A stretch of 64,000 nucleotides of DNA from Camelus dromedarius (Eukaryota): assembly GCF_036321535.1 (NCBI RefSeq), contig NC_087437.1:19408001-19472000 (forward strand), given 5' to 3'. Below, piece after piece: positions 24,338 through 39,396 of the stretch. Both the position numbers and the translations under genes were made by a program. Each line of letters begins with the position of its first letter. The stretch's first letter is position 1. The notes under the pieces were generated by a model. That model was not told where the DNA came from, did not search any database, and saw only the letters and a program-made list of their open reading frames with translations.

Positions 24338-25239
24338 ATTAAAGAGCTTAGCACATCCCCCGCACAGAGTGTGCCAAATCAACACTAGCTGTTATTAGCA
24401 TCATTACTCTCAGTCTATCTTCCCTACCAGACGGTGAACAGGGAGCTCGTTTAATTCATCCTTATATTCTTGGTCCTGAGAAAACTGCTTACCTAAAGTC
24501 AGCGGAATTCAGGAATGGTAGAAGGGGTGGATAAATAAATATATTTCATTCTGGTCCAAAATCCTTCCTGATGCTGTCAGAGACTCAGCTGAGTCTTCTT
24601 AGGGCCTCGCTGGATTCGTCTGTGTTTCCGTTATTGTCCTATTGCTTTGGTTTTGGTAAATGTCATCTCTGAGGATTCAGTCCCGGGTTAGTCTGGAATC
24701 TCGCATTGGACTGAAGTAGGTCTGAGTCTCACCTCCACTTTCTAACTGTAGGACTTTGAGTATGTTGCTGACCCCTTTAGAGCCTCCATTCCCTCATCTG
24801 TGTAATGCAGTCAAACCCACCAATTGCTCAGAGTTGCTGAGCTGACCAGATTTTATACACCTGACACACATAGTAGGTGATCAATAAAAGGTGGTACTAT
24901 CATTTAATTTTATTTACCTTGAAGCCCCTAGTTCAAGTCGACCCTACTTTGTTTATTAGCTGGAGCTCTGAACGCTGGTGTACAAATGATTACTTTCTGT
25001 GCCAAATACATCTTCCTCCCAGACTTCCACTCTGCCTTTGTGGGGCAGTAGTCACTGCTTCCTCTCGTTGCCTGCCTGAGTGGTACCCTGGGCCTGATGA
25101 CTGACCCTGGAAGCATGTTCTCTGTGTCCTCAGCAGCCCCTGTGCTCCAGGGATGCTCAATCAGAGAGTCATTGTGGCAGGAGCAATGTCAGCCACACTG
25201 TGTTCCCACCAGTAAGATGACTGGTTTTGAAGATGGCCC

Positions 25240-25400
25240 TAAGAGTGGCTTCAGAGTCCAACAGCCTGGGGTTCCACCATGAGCTTATTTGTTGTGTGAC
25301 TGTGATTAACTCTCTGAGCCTCAGTTTCCTCATCTGTAAAATGGGAACATGATCATGTTTGCAAAGGGGTACATGAGATGCTGCTGCTGATTTGACCACA
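25240..25400 (+). mobile_element. MIR SINE
   Basis: tgtgtgactgtgattaactctctgagcctcagtttcctcatctgtaaaatggg. Confidence 0.7.
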
Positions 25401-27747
25401 TCAAATGGCATCGTGACAAAGGATCTCCCCCCAAACATGGGGAAAAGGAGAGCGAAAGAAGTTCCTAAATGCCCGAAAAGCACGAAAGCTGGCTCATATT
25501 AAAAAAAAAAATAGAGTAAAAAGAAGCAATCTGACAAAGAGAAGAATATTCAATAAACCCTAGAGTGAATTTAGTTCATAGTGACATACATCACTGTCAC
25601 CATGATGTGGAGCCACTGCTGACTCCACCAAGAAGACACTAAATGGAGCAAAGGGTGCGGTGGGTTTCTGCTGTGCTGCTAGAATCACCCAACTTTACAG
25701 TTTCAACTGGCTTTTCAACCTTAAAAAAATGCTTTTGGTAATTTTAGGAAAACATAAGTAATGAAGCCCACTACAAATATTGAAAAAAAAATCATAATCA
25801 GCTATCTGCTAAAATGGTGTCGACTGTATCACTGGATTCACAACCTTAGCTGCACAAAATAAATTATTTGGAGATCTTTAAAAAAATAGTCACATCTAGA
25901 CCCTGCCCCAGGAAAACCATAATCCTGGGGTAGGGAAGGTGGAGCATTTGCAAAATTTCCCAGGACTGAGACCACTGGTATTAATCATAAGCACGGTTCA
26001 CACACTTGGTGACTGAGGCTGGGGGGCTCAACCCTGGCCACGCATTAGAATCACCAGGGAGCTCTTAAAAATCCTAATGCTCCATGCTGGACCAAGGACA
26101 TCCCAGCCTCTGGGGTAAGACTCAGGCTTCAGTGCTTCTGAAAGCTGCCTAGTTGATTCAATGCACAGCCAGGGCTGAAAAGCACCAGGCTAAGGGATAC
26201 AGTAAAAGAAGAAAAAGAATGTGTCCAGGAAAATCTTAGGCCTGCATTTTGCAACAGAATATTGATTATGTGGTACTGTGGTCAAATCCTGTTTATCCGT
26301 GAATGGCTTATCTGTTCTGAGGATAAATTACGGGCCAGGGTTAGTGATGCAGGGAAGGTAGCTAACGTGATTAAGCACCTACTATAAACCAGGTTTTTCC
26401 TACATCATCTCACTTAATTCACACAGTATGCCAGTGAAGTAGGCGGTGTCATCCCCATCTTATTAGGTGAGGAACTGAGACTCAAAGAGGCTAACTCACT
26501 CACATCAAGTCACTTCGCTAGTAAATTTGGCTCCAAGATCTGGGCCCCAGGCCACACTACCTCCACGGGGCAGAGAAGGAGAGTGTTGGTTTGTTTCTAA
26601 CTATGTGTTAAAGCTAAATGATTTGCTGGGTTACCTGTTTTGTTTCCACTCCTATCAGCCTAGATAAATGGGAGCTGACTATACAGATTGCTTATTCTGA
26701 AAGGACAATTTGGGTGTAAATTTATCCCTTATGTTAAAAAAAAAGAGCAAACACCCTAACAATTATTTCATATTTGCTCCCCTTTAATTTGGCAACAGGT
26801 TTTGAAGTTGCACTGTAAGTGCTGAATGCTTCTAGCTGTTTCTTCCCTTGCAAAGGGTAAGGAATAAGAACCAGGATATGGAAACTAAATGTTTGCCTTT
26901 TCTAAACAGGTAAATATTTTTCTCCCACGTGACTGTGAAGATAAATAAAAAATGAAAACCCAAACAAATTATGGGCAGGCCTGCCAGTTATTCAACCTCG
27001 TCACTTGTGTCTCCTCTTCCCTGACAATCCTAGTGCTTTCATACAGATAAAGGCACAGCCGAGAGTTTGCAATCCCTTGAGCAGAGCTGGCTGTCATTAG
27101 CGACAGGCAGGCCCCCCTCACAATCCCCTCTGACAGCCAGGACAGGTGGGACTTCCTGCTTTTCTAGAAAACTCCCAGTAAAGTTTCCCAGACACAAGTC
27201 AGTGACCCACTGGTCTAACATACAGGGCTGGCCGGGGCTTTTAAACAGCTACTGTACTTAAGCCGAATGCTGATAGTAATTTCAAGAGAAAAAAAAAAAA
27301 ATCCTGTGTAACTACTTCTAGATTCATAGTCTGTTTTTCTAAGTCGAGATTTATAGAACCCAGAATGTGTACAATTAGAAAAGATGGCCTATTATGTAAA
27401 TACAGGTTTCAATCTAGTCAGTTATGACCATAACAAAAGGTCTCACTAAATACGACTAAGTGGTTCTGGGTCAGAAAAGTGATTTACATTTTCTTAATCC
27501 TCATTAGGTTGTATTGTCCCCATTCTGCAAGTGACAACTGTGTCCCTGAGAAGCTGTCATGCACCTAATGTCACACCGCTACTAGGTGGTGGCCCTGGAG
27601 CCCGGTTCCTGCAGCCCTTTAAAACAAGATTGGGTGTTTTCACAAAGTGAACCCTGAAGGGCAGTGGTTTGAGATTGTTTTCACTCAGGACCTCCTTGAG
27701 AATGTGAATCTGTTGGTCTCTCCTCCTTTAAGGGGAAACACTTTTCA

Positions 27748-28116
<369 letters not shown>

Positions 28117-31052
28117 CTAACAATCTCTGGGCCTCATCCCAAGTGGGAGCAGACCCTGGAATTCTTTCCTGGGTGGGCCAGCTCTTGTGGGCCTGGTAAA
28201 TGCACTTCAGGAACCATGTGCCTCTCCTCCAGAGACTTCTACAACCCAGGGGAGCCGAGAAGAGGCTGTGAGGGTGGAGCCCAGTCAAGGCTCCCAGACA
28301 GCAGTGCAGACAATTAGGGTCGGAATATGTTGGAAGAACATGATGGCTCCCCGCTGTGTGGGACTTACAGGGCCCTGCTGTCCTCTAATCATGTGCGGGG
28401 CAAGAGTTACACATCTCAGCCCAGATAGGGGATTTCATGGATCAAAGATGGAAGGATGGGATTTAGCCTGAACCATGTGGATGGGTAATGTGACCCACTG
28501 CACAGGCCCACTGTGGGCTCCGGAGGACTGTGCTGCTCAGGGGACAGAAGGCCTACTCTGGAAAGGACGTGGGCTGTCTGATAGGCGATGCTCATGGCTC
28601 AGGAGCTGGAGAATGAGGCATTTTAGGCTTAGAGCTCCAGTGAACTGTAGAAGCTACAGAGAATCATCACGGAAAGAGTAGGAATGGGACTCAGAGAGAT
28701 ATGGAGTGGGCCTCGGGTGGAAGCTCTAGTTCCATCCCTCACTAGGATGCCTCAGGTAAATTACCAAACTATTGGAAAAAATAAAACGTTTAGCCATTTG
28801 AAGTTCAGTTTGCTTATCTGTAAAATGGGTTAATAACTGCTTCGCAGGACCTTATGTTAAAGATGAAATTAGATAATGTTTATGTGGTGAGATAATATTT
28901 TGACTTAGTATATGATATATTAAAAATTGTATTATAAAATTTAACATGCACATAAAAGGGGATAAAACACATATGGGTTTGACAAAGAGTTATAAATTAT
29001 AAAGTATATCCTCTTTTAATCATCACCTAGATTATGATACAGAAGTTCCCTATCACAGCCCCCACACTCTGATGGAAGCTAATCACTGTTCTTACTTTTA
29101 TAATATTAATTCTCTTGCTTTCCTTTATAGCTTTACCATGTATTTATACAACGTTAAAAAACAGATTCATTTCACCTGCTTCGGAAACTTTTATAAATGG
29201 AATCATACTGAACATATTCTTTTGTTAAAATTTTTTCACTTTGTTAGTAAAATTAATGTAGTCCAACCAGTTTCATTGCTGCATAATGTTCTATTGTGTG
29301 ATTCTATACCAAATGATTGATTCATCTCATTCTTACTGGACTTGGTTTGATTATGGCTTTAGACAATCACAGACAATGCTGCTATGAAAATCCTCACACA
29401 AGTCGCCCTGTGCACACAGGCATCTATTTCTTAGGATACGTACCTAAGGGTGGAACTGCTGAGCCATTTGGTAGATGTGTTTGCAGCTTTACCAGATGAT
29501 GCCAAGCAATTTCTAAAGTGGTTGTATATATTAACCTTCCAACCAGCAGTGTTTGAGAGTTTCATTTGTTCTGCACCATCGAGCAAATAACCAGACAGGG
29601 TTACTGTCAGGATTTTCCCATCTGATAGACGTGTAGTTATACCTTATTGTGGTTTTTATGTTCATTTTCCTGCTTATCAAGGAGCCTGCACATTTATTCA
29701 TAGATATTATTAAATATTCAAGCTTAATTATTTTTGTGAAGTGCCTGTTCAAATCATTTGCCCGTATTTTGGGTTATCTGCCTTTTTATCGATTTGTAGA
29801 GTTCTTCACATATTCCAAATATTAGTCCTTTGTTGGCTGGTTATTATGTGTCACAAATGCCTTCTCTCACCTGATGGCTTGTCTTACTGTTCTTCTGATG
29901 GGATCCTTGGAAAACAAATGTTCATAATTTTTATGTAATTGAGTGGTCAGGTTTTTCTTTTACGGCTAGTGCATTTTGTGTCATGAAGAAATTTTTCTAT
30001 ATTATCTAATAAAAGCTTTATAGTTTTGTTTTTCACATTTGTGTCTTTGTGCATGATGTGAGTCCTATTAAATTATTTTGCATTTGGTGAGCCAATTATT
30101 CCAGCATCGTTTACCAAAAAGATTCCTCCGCCCCGATGCTGTGCTTTGTCACCCGTGCGGAACACCTGGTGTCCATCTGTGCACCGGGCTGTTCCTCCAC
30201 TCTATGTTCTGTTCTGTGGCCCCGTCTACCATCCCTGTACAACGCCACATTGCCTTGATTAACAGAGCTTTGGTACACATCTTGATGTCTGGTTAAGCAA
30301 ATCCTTCTGCTTTGTTCTTCAACAGTATCTTGGCAATTCTTGACTTTTGGCATTTTTTGTATAAATTTTAGAAAGCACTTGTCAAGTTCCACAAAAATGA
30401 AACAGTCCCCCAAATAAAAACAAACAAACAAACAAAAAACTTGCTGAAATTCTGATAGGAATTGAATCAAATCTATAATTCAATTTAGGGAGAACTGACA
30501 TCTTTACAACACTGAGCCTTCCAATCCACAAGCATGGTATATCTTTTCATTTATTTAGGTCTTCTTAAATGTTTCTAAAAAAAGTCTTCCAATTTTTCTT
30601 GTAGAGCAATTATATATCTTTTGTAAGATTTATTCCTAGATATTTGATTTTTTTTGATGCTATTATACACGGTGTTTTAAAAATATTTTCCCTATTGTTG
30701 ATATGTAGCAATAGAATTGATCTAGGTATCCTGAATATGTATCTTGTAAACCTGCTGAACTCTCTCATTAATTCTAACAGTTTATCTGTAGAGTCTTTTG
30801 AATCTTCTATGTCTAAAATAATACCATCCGAAAATACTGACAGTTTTGCTGCTTCATTTTCAGTCCTTTTACACTTTTTTCTTGTTATATTGTTTAAGAC
30901 CTGTTGTATTGTTTAAGACCTGTAGTATAATGCTGAATAGAGATGGTGTTACCAGGCATCCTTGTGTTATTCCCACGATCAGAAGAAAAATTTTCAAGTT
31001 TCATTATTACATATGATGTTTGCTGCAAGTTTTCCACAGATACCCTTTTTCA

Positions 31053-31470
31053 GTGGTGGCAGAGACCATGCCATGTGTTCATTAAGACTCATTTTTATTT
31101 TTCCCCTTTCTGGGCATACAGAAAACGAACACTTCTGTTTCTCTCGAAATTAGGTTGGGTTTATGTGATTCGACTAAATTATAGTCAATGGGATGTGGGT
31201 GGAAGGGATGTATGCTTCATCTAGACTTGGCCATAAGAATTCTTGCACGACCTTCCAGCTCTTCATGGTGAATCTGAAAGCTACAATTAAGATAGCAAAG
31301 CCATAAATGGGGTCTACTGGGATCCCCGAGACAGCTTGGAAGGGAAATGCCCTGTAGACCTTCTGAGCCTATGTGGGATTTATCTGATGAGAGGTAAACT
31401 TCATGTAAGTGTTAAGCTCCTCAAGTTGGGGGATTTCTTATTGCAGCCTATCCTGGTCTAGCCTGACATA
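31053..31470 (+). mobile_element. MaLR MLT1-type LTR nested in the L1
   Basis: gtggcagagaccatg start and gagaggtaaacttca..gttaagc..tgggggatttcttattgcagc end. Confidence 0.5.
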
Positions 31471-31482
31471 TGTGTTATTTAA

Positions 31483-32566
31483 GAGACGTTTAATATCCAA
31501 AATATATAAAGAATGTATACAACTCAACAATAAAAAAACAAACACCCTGATTTTAAAATGGGCAGAGGAGCTGAATAGACATTTTTCCAAAGAGGACACA
31601 ACAGGCCCATGAAAAGACGCTCAACATCACTAAACATCAGCGAAATGGAAGTCAAAATTACAATGGGATACCACCTCACACATGTCAGAATGGCTATTAT
31701 CAAAAAGATAAGAAATAAAAAATGTTGGTGAGAATGTGAAAAAAAAAAAAAGAACACTCTTGCACTGTTGGTGGAAATGCAAATTGGTGCAGCCACTGAG
31801 GAAGACAGTATGGATTCCTCAAAAAATTAAGAATAAAATCATCATTCAATTCAACTATCTCACTTCTGGATATTTATCCAAATAATATGAAAATACTAAT
31901 CTGAAAAGATATATGCACCCCTATGTCCACTGCAGCACTATTTACAATAGCCAAGATATGAAAGCAACCTAAGAGTCCGTCAACAGATGACTGGATAAAG
32001 AAGCTGTGGTGTGTGTGTATATATGTGTGTGTGTATATATATATCACACATATACACACATATACACACATATATATGTACACAAATATATACATACTAT
32101 GTATATACCATATACACACACACACACACGTATACATACAGTGGAATACTACTCAGTCATAAAAAGATGAAATCTTGCCATTTGTGATGACACGGATGGA
32201 TCTTGAGGGTATTATGCTAAGCAAAATAAGCCAGATGAAGAAAGACAAATACCAAATGACTTCAAGCATATGTGGAATATAAAGAAACTAATAAACCAAA
32301 AAAAAATCCCAATGAATAAACAAAACAAACAAAACCAAACATGAACACAAACATGTACATACAGAAAACAGCAGTGGTTACCAGATGCGGAGGTGTGGGC
32401 GAGGGTGAAAAAGGTAAAGGAGATCAATGGTATGGTGACAGGTGGAAACTAAATTGTTGGTAGTGAGCACATGGTTATGGTATCCAGAAGTAGAAATATA
32501 ACGTTGTACACAAGAAACTTACACAGTGTTATAAATCAATGTTGCCTCAGTAAAATTAAAAAAAGA
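31483..32566 (+). mobile_element. L1MA-like 3' end nested in the opposite orientation, with an internal TG/TA/CA simple repeat (about 32008-32138)
   Basis: taatatccaaaatatataaagaa..ggataccacctcaca..cactatttacaatagccaagatatg..gtggaatactactcag, ending in an A-rich tail. Confidence 0.85.
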
Positions 32567-35500
32567 GAGACATTCCCAGCTATTCCTAGTTTAAGAGCTT
32601 TTGTCATAAATGACTTCTCTGCAATTCTTGGAAATGATTGTGTGGTTTTTCTCCTTCAATCAGTTAATATAGTGCATTGCATTGATTAACTTTCTAATCT
32701 TTAATATTGCACTCCTGAGATAAACTCTGTTTGGTCAAGATATATTATCTTTTCAATGTGTTGATGGATTTGCTTTGCTAATTTTCTTTTTAGGAAGTAA
32801 GAGAAGTCTACAATTTTCTTTTCTCTAAATGTCCCAATCAGGTTTTGGTATCAAGGTCATGCTAGGCTCATAACGAGTGCTGGGAGTTCCCTCTTTTCCT
32901 ACGCTCTAAAAGAGCTTGTGTAGGATTGAAATAACATTCCCCCGCTACCTTGGGTGTTTGGTAGAACTCACCAGTGAAGTCTTACGAGGCTGAAGTTTTA
33001 ATTTGTGTGTAATTTTTGGACTACGGACTTAATTTCTTTAATGGCTATGAAACGATTCAGATTTTTATTTCTTCATTATAATTTTTGGCAATTGACATTT
33101 TTCCAGGATTCTGTCCATTATATCTAAATTTTGAAACATATTGGCAGAAGGCTGTTCCCGATATTCTCTGATCTGTTTAGTGTCGGCACCACCTGCAGTG
33201 ATGTTGTTTTCACTCCTAATGTTGGTTGTGTTTCCATGTTTTCCCTTGTTCAGTCTTGCTCGAGGTTTGCAGTCTTACCAGTCTTTTCAAAGAACCAGCT
33301 TTTGGCTTTACTGATCTTCTCTACAGAATGTTTGTTTTCCATTTCAGCAATTTCTGTTCTTAATTTTATTAATTCTATCCTCCTACTTTCTTTGTGCTAT
33401 TTTGCTGTTCTTTTTCTAACTTCTGGTGATGGATGCTTGGCTAGCTAATTAGCAGTTTGTTTTATTTTCTAATATACACAGTTCTGGCTGTAAAATTTCC
33501 CTCTAAGGATGACTTCACTTGCATCCTACAAGTTTTGATATGTAGTGTTTTCATGATCATTCAGTTCAAAATACTTTCTAATTTTTTATTATTATGCCTT
33601 TTTTGATCCATAAGTTATTTAGAAGTATTTTTCTGAATTACCAAACATATTGAGGTTTTTGGTGATCTTTTTGTTACTGACTTCTAGCTTAGTTGCACTG
33701 TGGCCAGAGAACATACTCTATATTGATTTCAATCACTTGAAATGTGTTGGTACTTGCTTCATGTCCCAGGATATGGCCAGTTTCAGTAAATGTTCCATGT
33801 GTGATTAAAAAGAAATGTGTATTCTATGACTGTTGGGTGTGATGTTCTGTCCATTTACTCAATATTGCTAAATTGTTTTGTTTAAATCTATGTTCTCACT
33901 GATTTTTTTTTTGCTGCTTTTGTATTAGGTACTAAGAGAGGCATGTTAAAACCTCCCACTGTGATTGTGAATTTTTCTAATTTTCCTTTTAGTTCTTTCA
34001 ACTTTTGTTTCATATATTTAAGGATATGTTATTTAAGTGCCTACATATTTATGATTCTTACATATCTTCCTTTGAATCAAGCCTCTTTCTCTCTACTCTC
34101 TAGTCATACTTTTTACTTAAACTCTATATGCCTGATATTAACACAGCCTTAATGCTTTTATTTTGATTAGATGTATGTCATATTTTTTCTACCCTTTTAA
34201 TGTTTCTGTACTTTTGTTTTAGGCAAAGCTTTTGTAAATAGCCTATAGCTGGATTAAAAAAAATTTTTTTTGGTCAAGTTTGACAATTATTGACTCTTAA
34301 TTTGAACATTAAGTTCACTTACGTTTAATGTGAATGCTCGTAGATTTAAGTTTAAAGCTTCCATCTTATATAGTATTTTCTTTCTTATCACACAAGTTTA
34401 TGTTTTTTTTCTCTTGTCCTGCCTATGTTCGCACTTTACTTTATTTTCCTGTGTCTCAGAGTGGAATTGTACATAGTCTCACATCCAAAGTAAATGTAGA
34501 CCTTTCCCCTCTTCCTCAAAAACATGGGGACAGGAGAGCTCTAGTCTTGTACGTATTTTAAGCCTATTTTTCCCCTTAACCCTACTAGACCTTATTATTC
34601 TGTTTTATACAAACAATGCTCATTGAAATTTACCCACCTATTTGCCACTCTCTTTGCACTCCATTTCTTCTTGCACATCAGACCTGCTATCTGGGAATCA
34701 CTCCTTCTGGCTAAATATATCCTGTAGAATTTCCTTAAGTTACTGACTTAGTCCTTGGAAGACATTTTCAAGATATTACACCCTTGTTCTCAAAATCTAT
34801 TTTCACTGGGTATGAAACCATTGTTTGGCAATCATTTTTCTTTAGTATTTTGAAGTTATGGTTCTACTGTTTTCTGACTTTAATTGATGATGTTGGAAAG
34901 TCAGCTATAATCTAACAGCTATTCCTGGGAAGGTAATCTGTATTTCTCTGGTGGCTTTCAATTCCTTCTTCATCTACATAGGGAAGTGTATCTTGTTTTG
35001 GGATCACTGGGTCTCTTAAATCTGTGGAGTGGTATCTTTGATTACAGCTGGAAAATTCCTAGTTATTATCTCTTTAAAAAAATGCCTCTGCCCCCTGTCC
35101 TCAACTGGAGGGCACTAAGGGCCAGATGCACCTTCTCAGATGCCAGGGCAATAAGCCACTTAGGATGCTTAACTCACTCTCGGGGAAGTGAGCAGGAAAA
35201 GATAAACTTGACTGCAAACTAACCTATAAGAGAATAAGCTTAAAATCAGAAAGTAGTTACCTTAAAGTGGCAATTTTTTTCACCATTCAAGAAAATGGTG
35301 GCTTAAGAGCAAAGAAAGCAAAAGAAGTTATACTTCTGCACATGTGAGTCCCATGCTATACATGGAAGATGTTAGTTCTTTCTCTTTTCTTCTTTAAAAG
35401 AGATAGGGGCTAGGAGGACTAACTCCTTGTGGGTGCCAACCCTCTTGGGAAATTTACATACATTTAACCTTCCTGTTAATCTCTTGTTTTACAGGAGGAA

Positions 35501-35984
35501 ACTGGGGGTGGGGGTCAGGGGCTCCTCCGGGCAGCTCTGCTGGGCATCTTGGATACTCAGATGTCATCTGCGAAGGTTTAGCTCATTTTGACAGGGGAGG
35601 TCGAGTTGTACACTGAGAAATCAATACTTTGTTATAGTTCCCGGGAGAGGAGAGTCAATGAAAATAACAATTTGAGCAAATTCCTTCTTGCCCTCCAAAT
35701 GGTCACAAGCTTAAGTCTTTCTCCTTCCCCACAATCCTACAATCCCAGTGTTATCTCTTACGTGACCCCTTCTCCCTCTTGTTAGAGGGAGGTCCTTCTC
35801 TGGTGACCCCTCTGTGGCCCAGGTACACCTCCGTTACAGGACTTGCACGATATTGAAGTCTTTACCTTTGCCTTTCCTTTGAGGCTGGTAGCTCTTTGAG
35901 GAAGTGAACCTATCTTTTCATTGTGGGTAACATCCAGCACATCGCTTAGTATGAAGCTATACCACCCTTACCTAGGGGTTGTCA

Positions 35985-38570
35985 TGGCAACACGTGGCTG
36001 TGTGTGTTTAACACGGCAGACAGAATTCCTTGTTTATCTCCACCCCCTCTGAAAACTCTAATAAAATGGCAATAAAGGAATAAAGGAAGTACGAAATGAC
36101 AAGGGCAAAGAGAGTGGGAAAGGAGGCAGCAGTAGATGGGAAAGGTCAACACAAGTTTGGAAGCTGGAGAGTTGACGAACAGTGGTACCAGAGCCAGTAG
36201 TCTGCAGGTAGGAGAGGCAGGCAGAGGCGTGTTGCCATGCATGGCAGAAGCCCAGAGGGGATTGGGACCTGGAGGGGCCAGCAACCTTCCAGTGCGGATG
36301 CCAGAGGACCTGAAGGCAGGGGTACTACTTGAAGGTTTGTCTGAGGAGCCCTTGGATCTAACTTATTCTCCCATCCTTGCAGAAGGCCAGATTTCTGCTT
36401 TCTGCCGAGATTGGACCAGAGAGACCCTTGATTCCCAGGCACAGCTGAGGGGAGGAGGAAGTGCTATCTTTAAGACAGGAGGGTTAAGTTTGGTTCCCCG
36501 AATACCAGGTTGGAGCTGTCTCTCCGGACACCTACAGACCCCCACATTCAGAGGTCTTGGACCTTGGGGCTGGGCACACACTGTGAGCCCCACCAGCCTC
36601 ACCCACACACCCAGAGCTTCCAGATGACACTGAGGGCCTGACCTGCAGATGGGAGTGGACAGCCCAGGAAGAGACCAGTTTTAGACAGGTGCTGACCATG
36701 AAAGATAGAGAGCAAAATGACCAGGAGGAGAAAAGGAACTGGGAGGACACACAGACAAGGCAGAAAGCAAAAGGCAGCTTCAAAAATCTCCAGATAATAT
36801 TTTCAGGAAGTAAGACATGATATCCTATCCATGAAACATGACTGGAACGTTCCATAAAGGAACTATCGGAAAACAGGATGAAGCTCTTGGAAAATGAAAG
36901 ATAACTTGTTCACTTGACAACATTCATCAGTTGCCTATGACATGTGAGGGGCTGTGCTGGGGACTGGGGAAACACAGCAGTGATAGAGTGGACCGACTCT
37001 TGTCCTCAAGGAACTAACACTGCTGGATGAGAGCAGCAGCAAAATACGTTAGGAGAAGATCCAGAAGATACATTCGAGGCAATCATACGCTAAAAAGAAG
37101 ATAAACTTAAGAGGACTGATCTGGGAGGTCCCAGAAATAACTCACAGACATCCCTGAAAGAGAGAACAGAGGGAGGAAAACATCAAAGAAATGATACAAA
37201 TATCTTTCCAGACTAGAAGGACATAAGTCTTCAGAGTCAGAGGCCCTCTGAGTACTTAGCACTTTGAATAAAAGAAAGTCCACACACTTGCAAACCATTA
37301 TAACTTTTCAGACACCCAGGTTTAAAAGTTCCCAGAGAGAAGATAAGAGATTGAATACACAGAACCAGGAGAGCATTGGCTTTTCTGACACCAATTCGGG
37401 GAACTAGAAGATGGTGAAGCAGGCCCTCCAAACATTAAAAGAAAATTATTTCCAGCATGGAACTCTGTATTTCTCCAAACAACCAATCAGGATGGGGTCA
37501 GCAAACTTTTTCTATTAAGGGACAGATATTAAATAGTTTAGGCTTTGTGGGTTGTGTATGGTCTTTGTCGCATATTCCCTTTTGTTTTTTTTGAAACAAC
37601 ACTTTTAAAGTGTAAAAATATCATTCTTAACTCCCAGAAAGCAAGAAAACAGGCTATGGACCAGATCTGAATCATGGGCTGTGGTTTATGGACCTGTGAA
37701 TTGGAGTGTGGAGTAAACTTGTGTTCATATATGGAAGATCTCAGAAAATTTATCTCCCATGGAGTCTTTCACAGAAAGATGCTACAGGATGCACTCCACC
37801 TAAATAAGAGAGTAAACCAAAACAAGCAGGAGGCATGGGATCCAAGACACAAGGATTCTAGATCAGGAAATAGGCAAAAATCACCAGGCAAACAGTGATG
37901 GGAAATCCCAGCTGACAGTGGCGCAGCAGGCATAGGGTGCTAGCCGTCCAGAGAGGAGCTGGAGGACTCCAGGAAGGATATGAGCAGAAGCAAAGTGGAA
38001 CAGATTATTGTGAGTTTGCTTGTACTTCGAAGATTTTACAGTTTTTTTTTTTTTTGAAAATTTGGGACTGAATTAGTGGTAGGTCTAAGAAGCCTAAGGA
38101 AACAAATAAATGAAGCAATTATTAGCTCTAGGAAAAACCGAAGTTTATGTGAGAGGCAATGAAATCTTAATGTAACACATGGTTTTGTTAATATTATTTA
38201 CACAGACATAAATGTAAACAATAAATATTAATTTAACCCAAAGTTGTGAGCTAATCAGTTTGGGAACATGTGGTGGAGGCTAAGTGTGAGAGTGAGGGTG
38301 GAGGTGTGACAGCTAAATTCTCCTCTTTCATAACTGGAAGCCAGCAGATAATGCCTAAATCTGAAAAATCAAGAAGTAACAGTATAAGCTTATTATTTAG
38401 AAATAGGGAGTCAAATACCACAGAAAACAGCTAAAAAAGTCAAAAGCGATTGCTCTGGGAACCAAGAATCAGACATGGCGAAGGATGGAACAAATACTAC
38501 TATAAACTTTATAGTGACTTAACTTTTATTATATATATGTCTATAAATATATAAAGTAAATTTAAAAATT
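35985..38570 (+). mobile_element. HAL1 / L1 ORF1-like ancient LINE
   Basis: A-rich ORF1-like text (aaagaaatgatacaaa..tttccagact..gaaaattatttccagc) and a HAL1-like 3' tail (gataatgcctaaatctgaaaaatcaagaagtaacagtataagc). Confidence 0.55.
37491..37697 (+). mobile_element. MER58 (hAT-Charlie)
   Basis: ggggtcagcaaactttttct..aagggacagata..aatagtttaggctttgtggg. Confidence 0.75.
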
Positions 38571-39396
38571 AATGCATTTGGTAGAAATACTTTAGTATAC
38601 TGAAAAGTATAAAGAATCGAAAATTAACAAAGAGGTTAATCCTGTTTATATTTTGGTTAATTTTTGATTAAATTTCTTTGTCTTTTTCTTCTATTTTTCA
38701 CATAGTATGAATTCAATTTTGTATCTTCTTTGTTTAGACAATATCATAAGCACTCGTCTTGGCCATTAGTAGTCTGAAAACACCATTTGCAATGGCAGCA
38801 TTGTAATAGTAAAAAATTTTTGTGCTAGAATCGATAAATTATGACCATCTTTGTAGGTCTTGGTTGCAAAATCTGGGTGAATTTTTAAGATGAATTATTA
38901 GAAAGGAAAACGACTGGCTTTATCATTTTGGGTGCTTTTGTTACATCTTGCTAAACTTCTTTCCAGAAATTCTGAAGAAGGGGAGAGAACCACCAGCAAG
39001 AGCCTGAGAGGGTTCATCTCACCCCATACTGGCCAGTACTGGGACTGCTCAGTTAAAAACATGGGCCAATTTGTAGGGAATTTTTTTTGTGGTTTAAACA
39101 TTGCACTTAAATTACTCATGTGATTTTTATTATTTATTACTTACAGTTCTCCTTTGTGAACCCCTGCTCAGATTTGTTGCTTGTTTATCTATTGACCTGT
39201 ATGAACTGTTTGAAAACAAGCATGTTAAATGTTTGCCTGTTGGGTCTGTTGGCAAACATATGGAGAGGATTCTACTCAAAATCATGGACCTTCACTGACT
39301 CCTGTCTGGTGGCTAGGAATTAGGTCCAGGTATTGGCCCAGATAAAATTCCCCACATCCATGTGTAATAAAGCCTCAAGTCTTCATCTCAGGGATA

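Larger units (their letters stand above)
28920..35090 (-). mobile_element. Large decayed old L1 (3' UTR plus ORF2), interrupted by nested elements
   Basis: Continuous T-rich L1 antisense text such as aatttagggagaactgacatctttacaacactgag and ttttggtatcaaggtcatgctaggctcataa. Only fragmentary ORFs remain. Confidence 0.8.
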
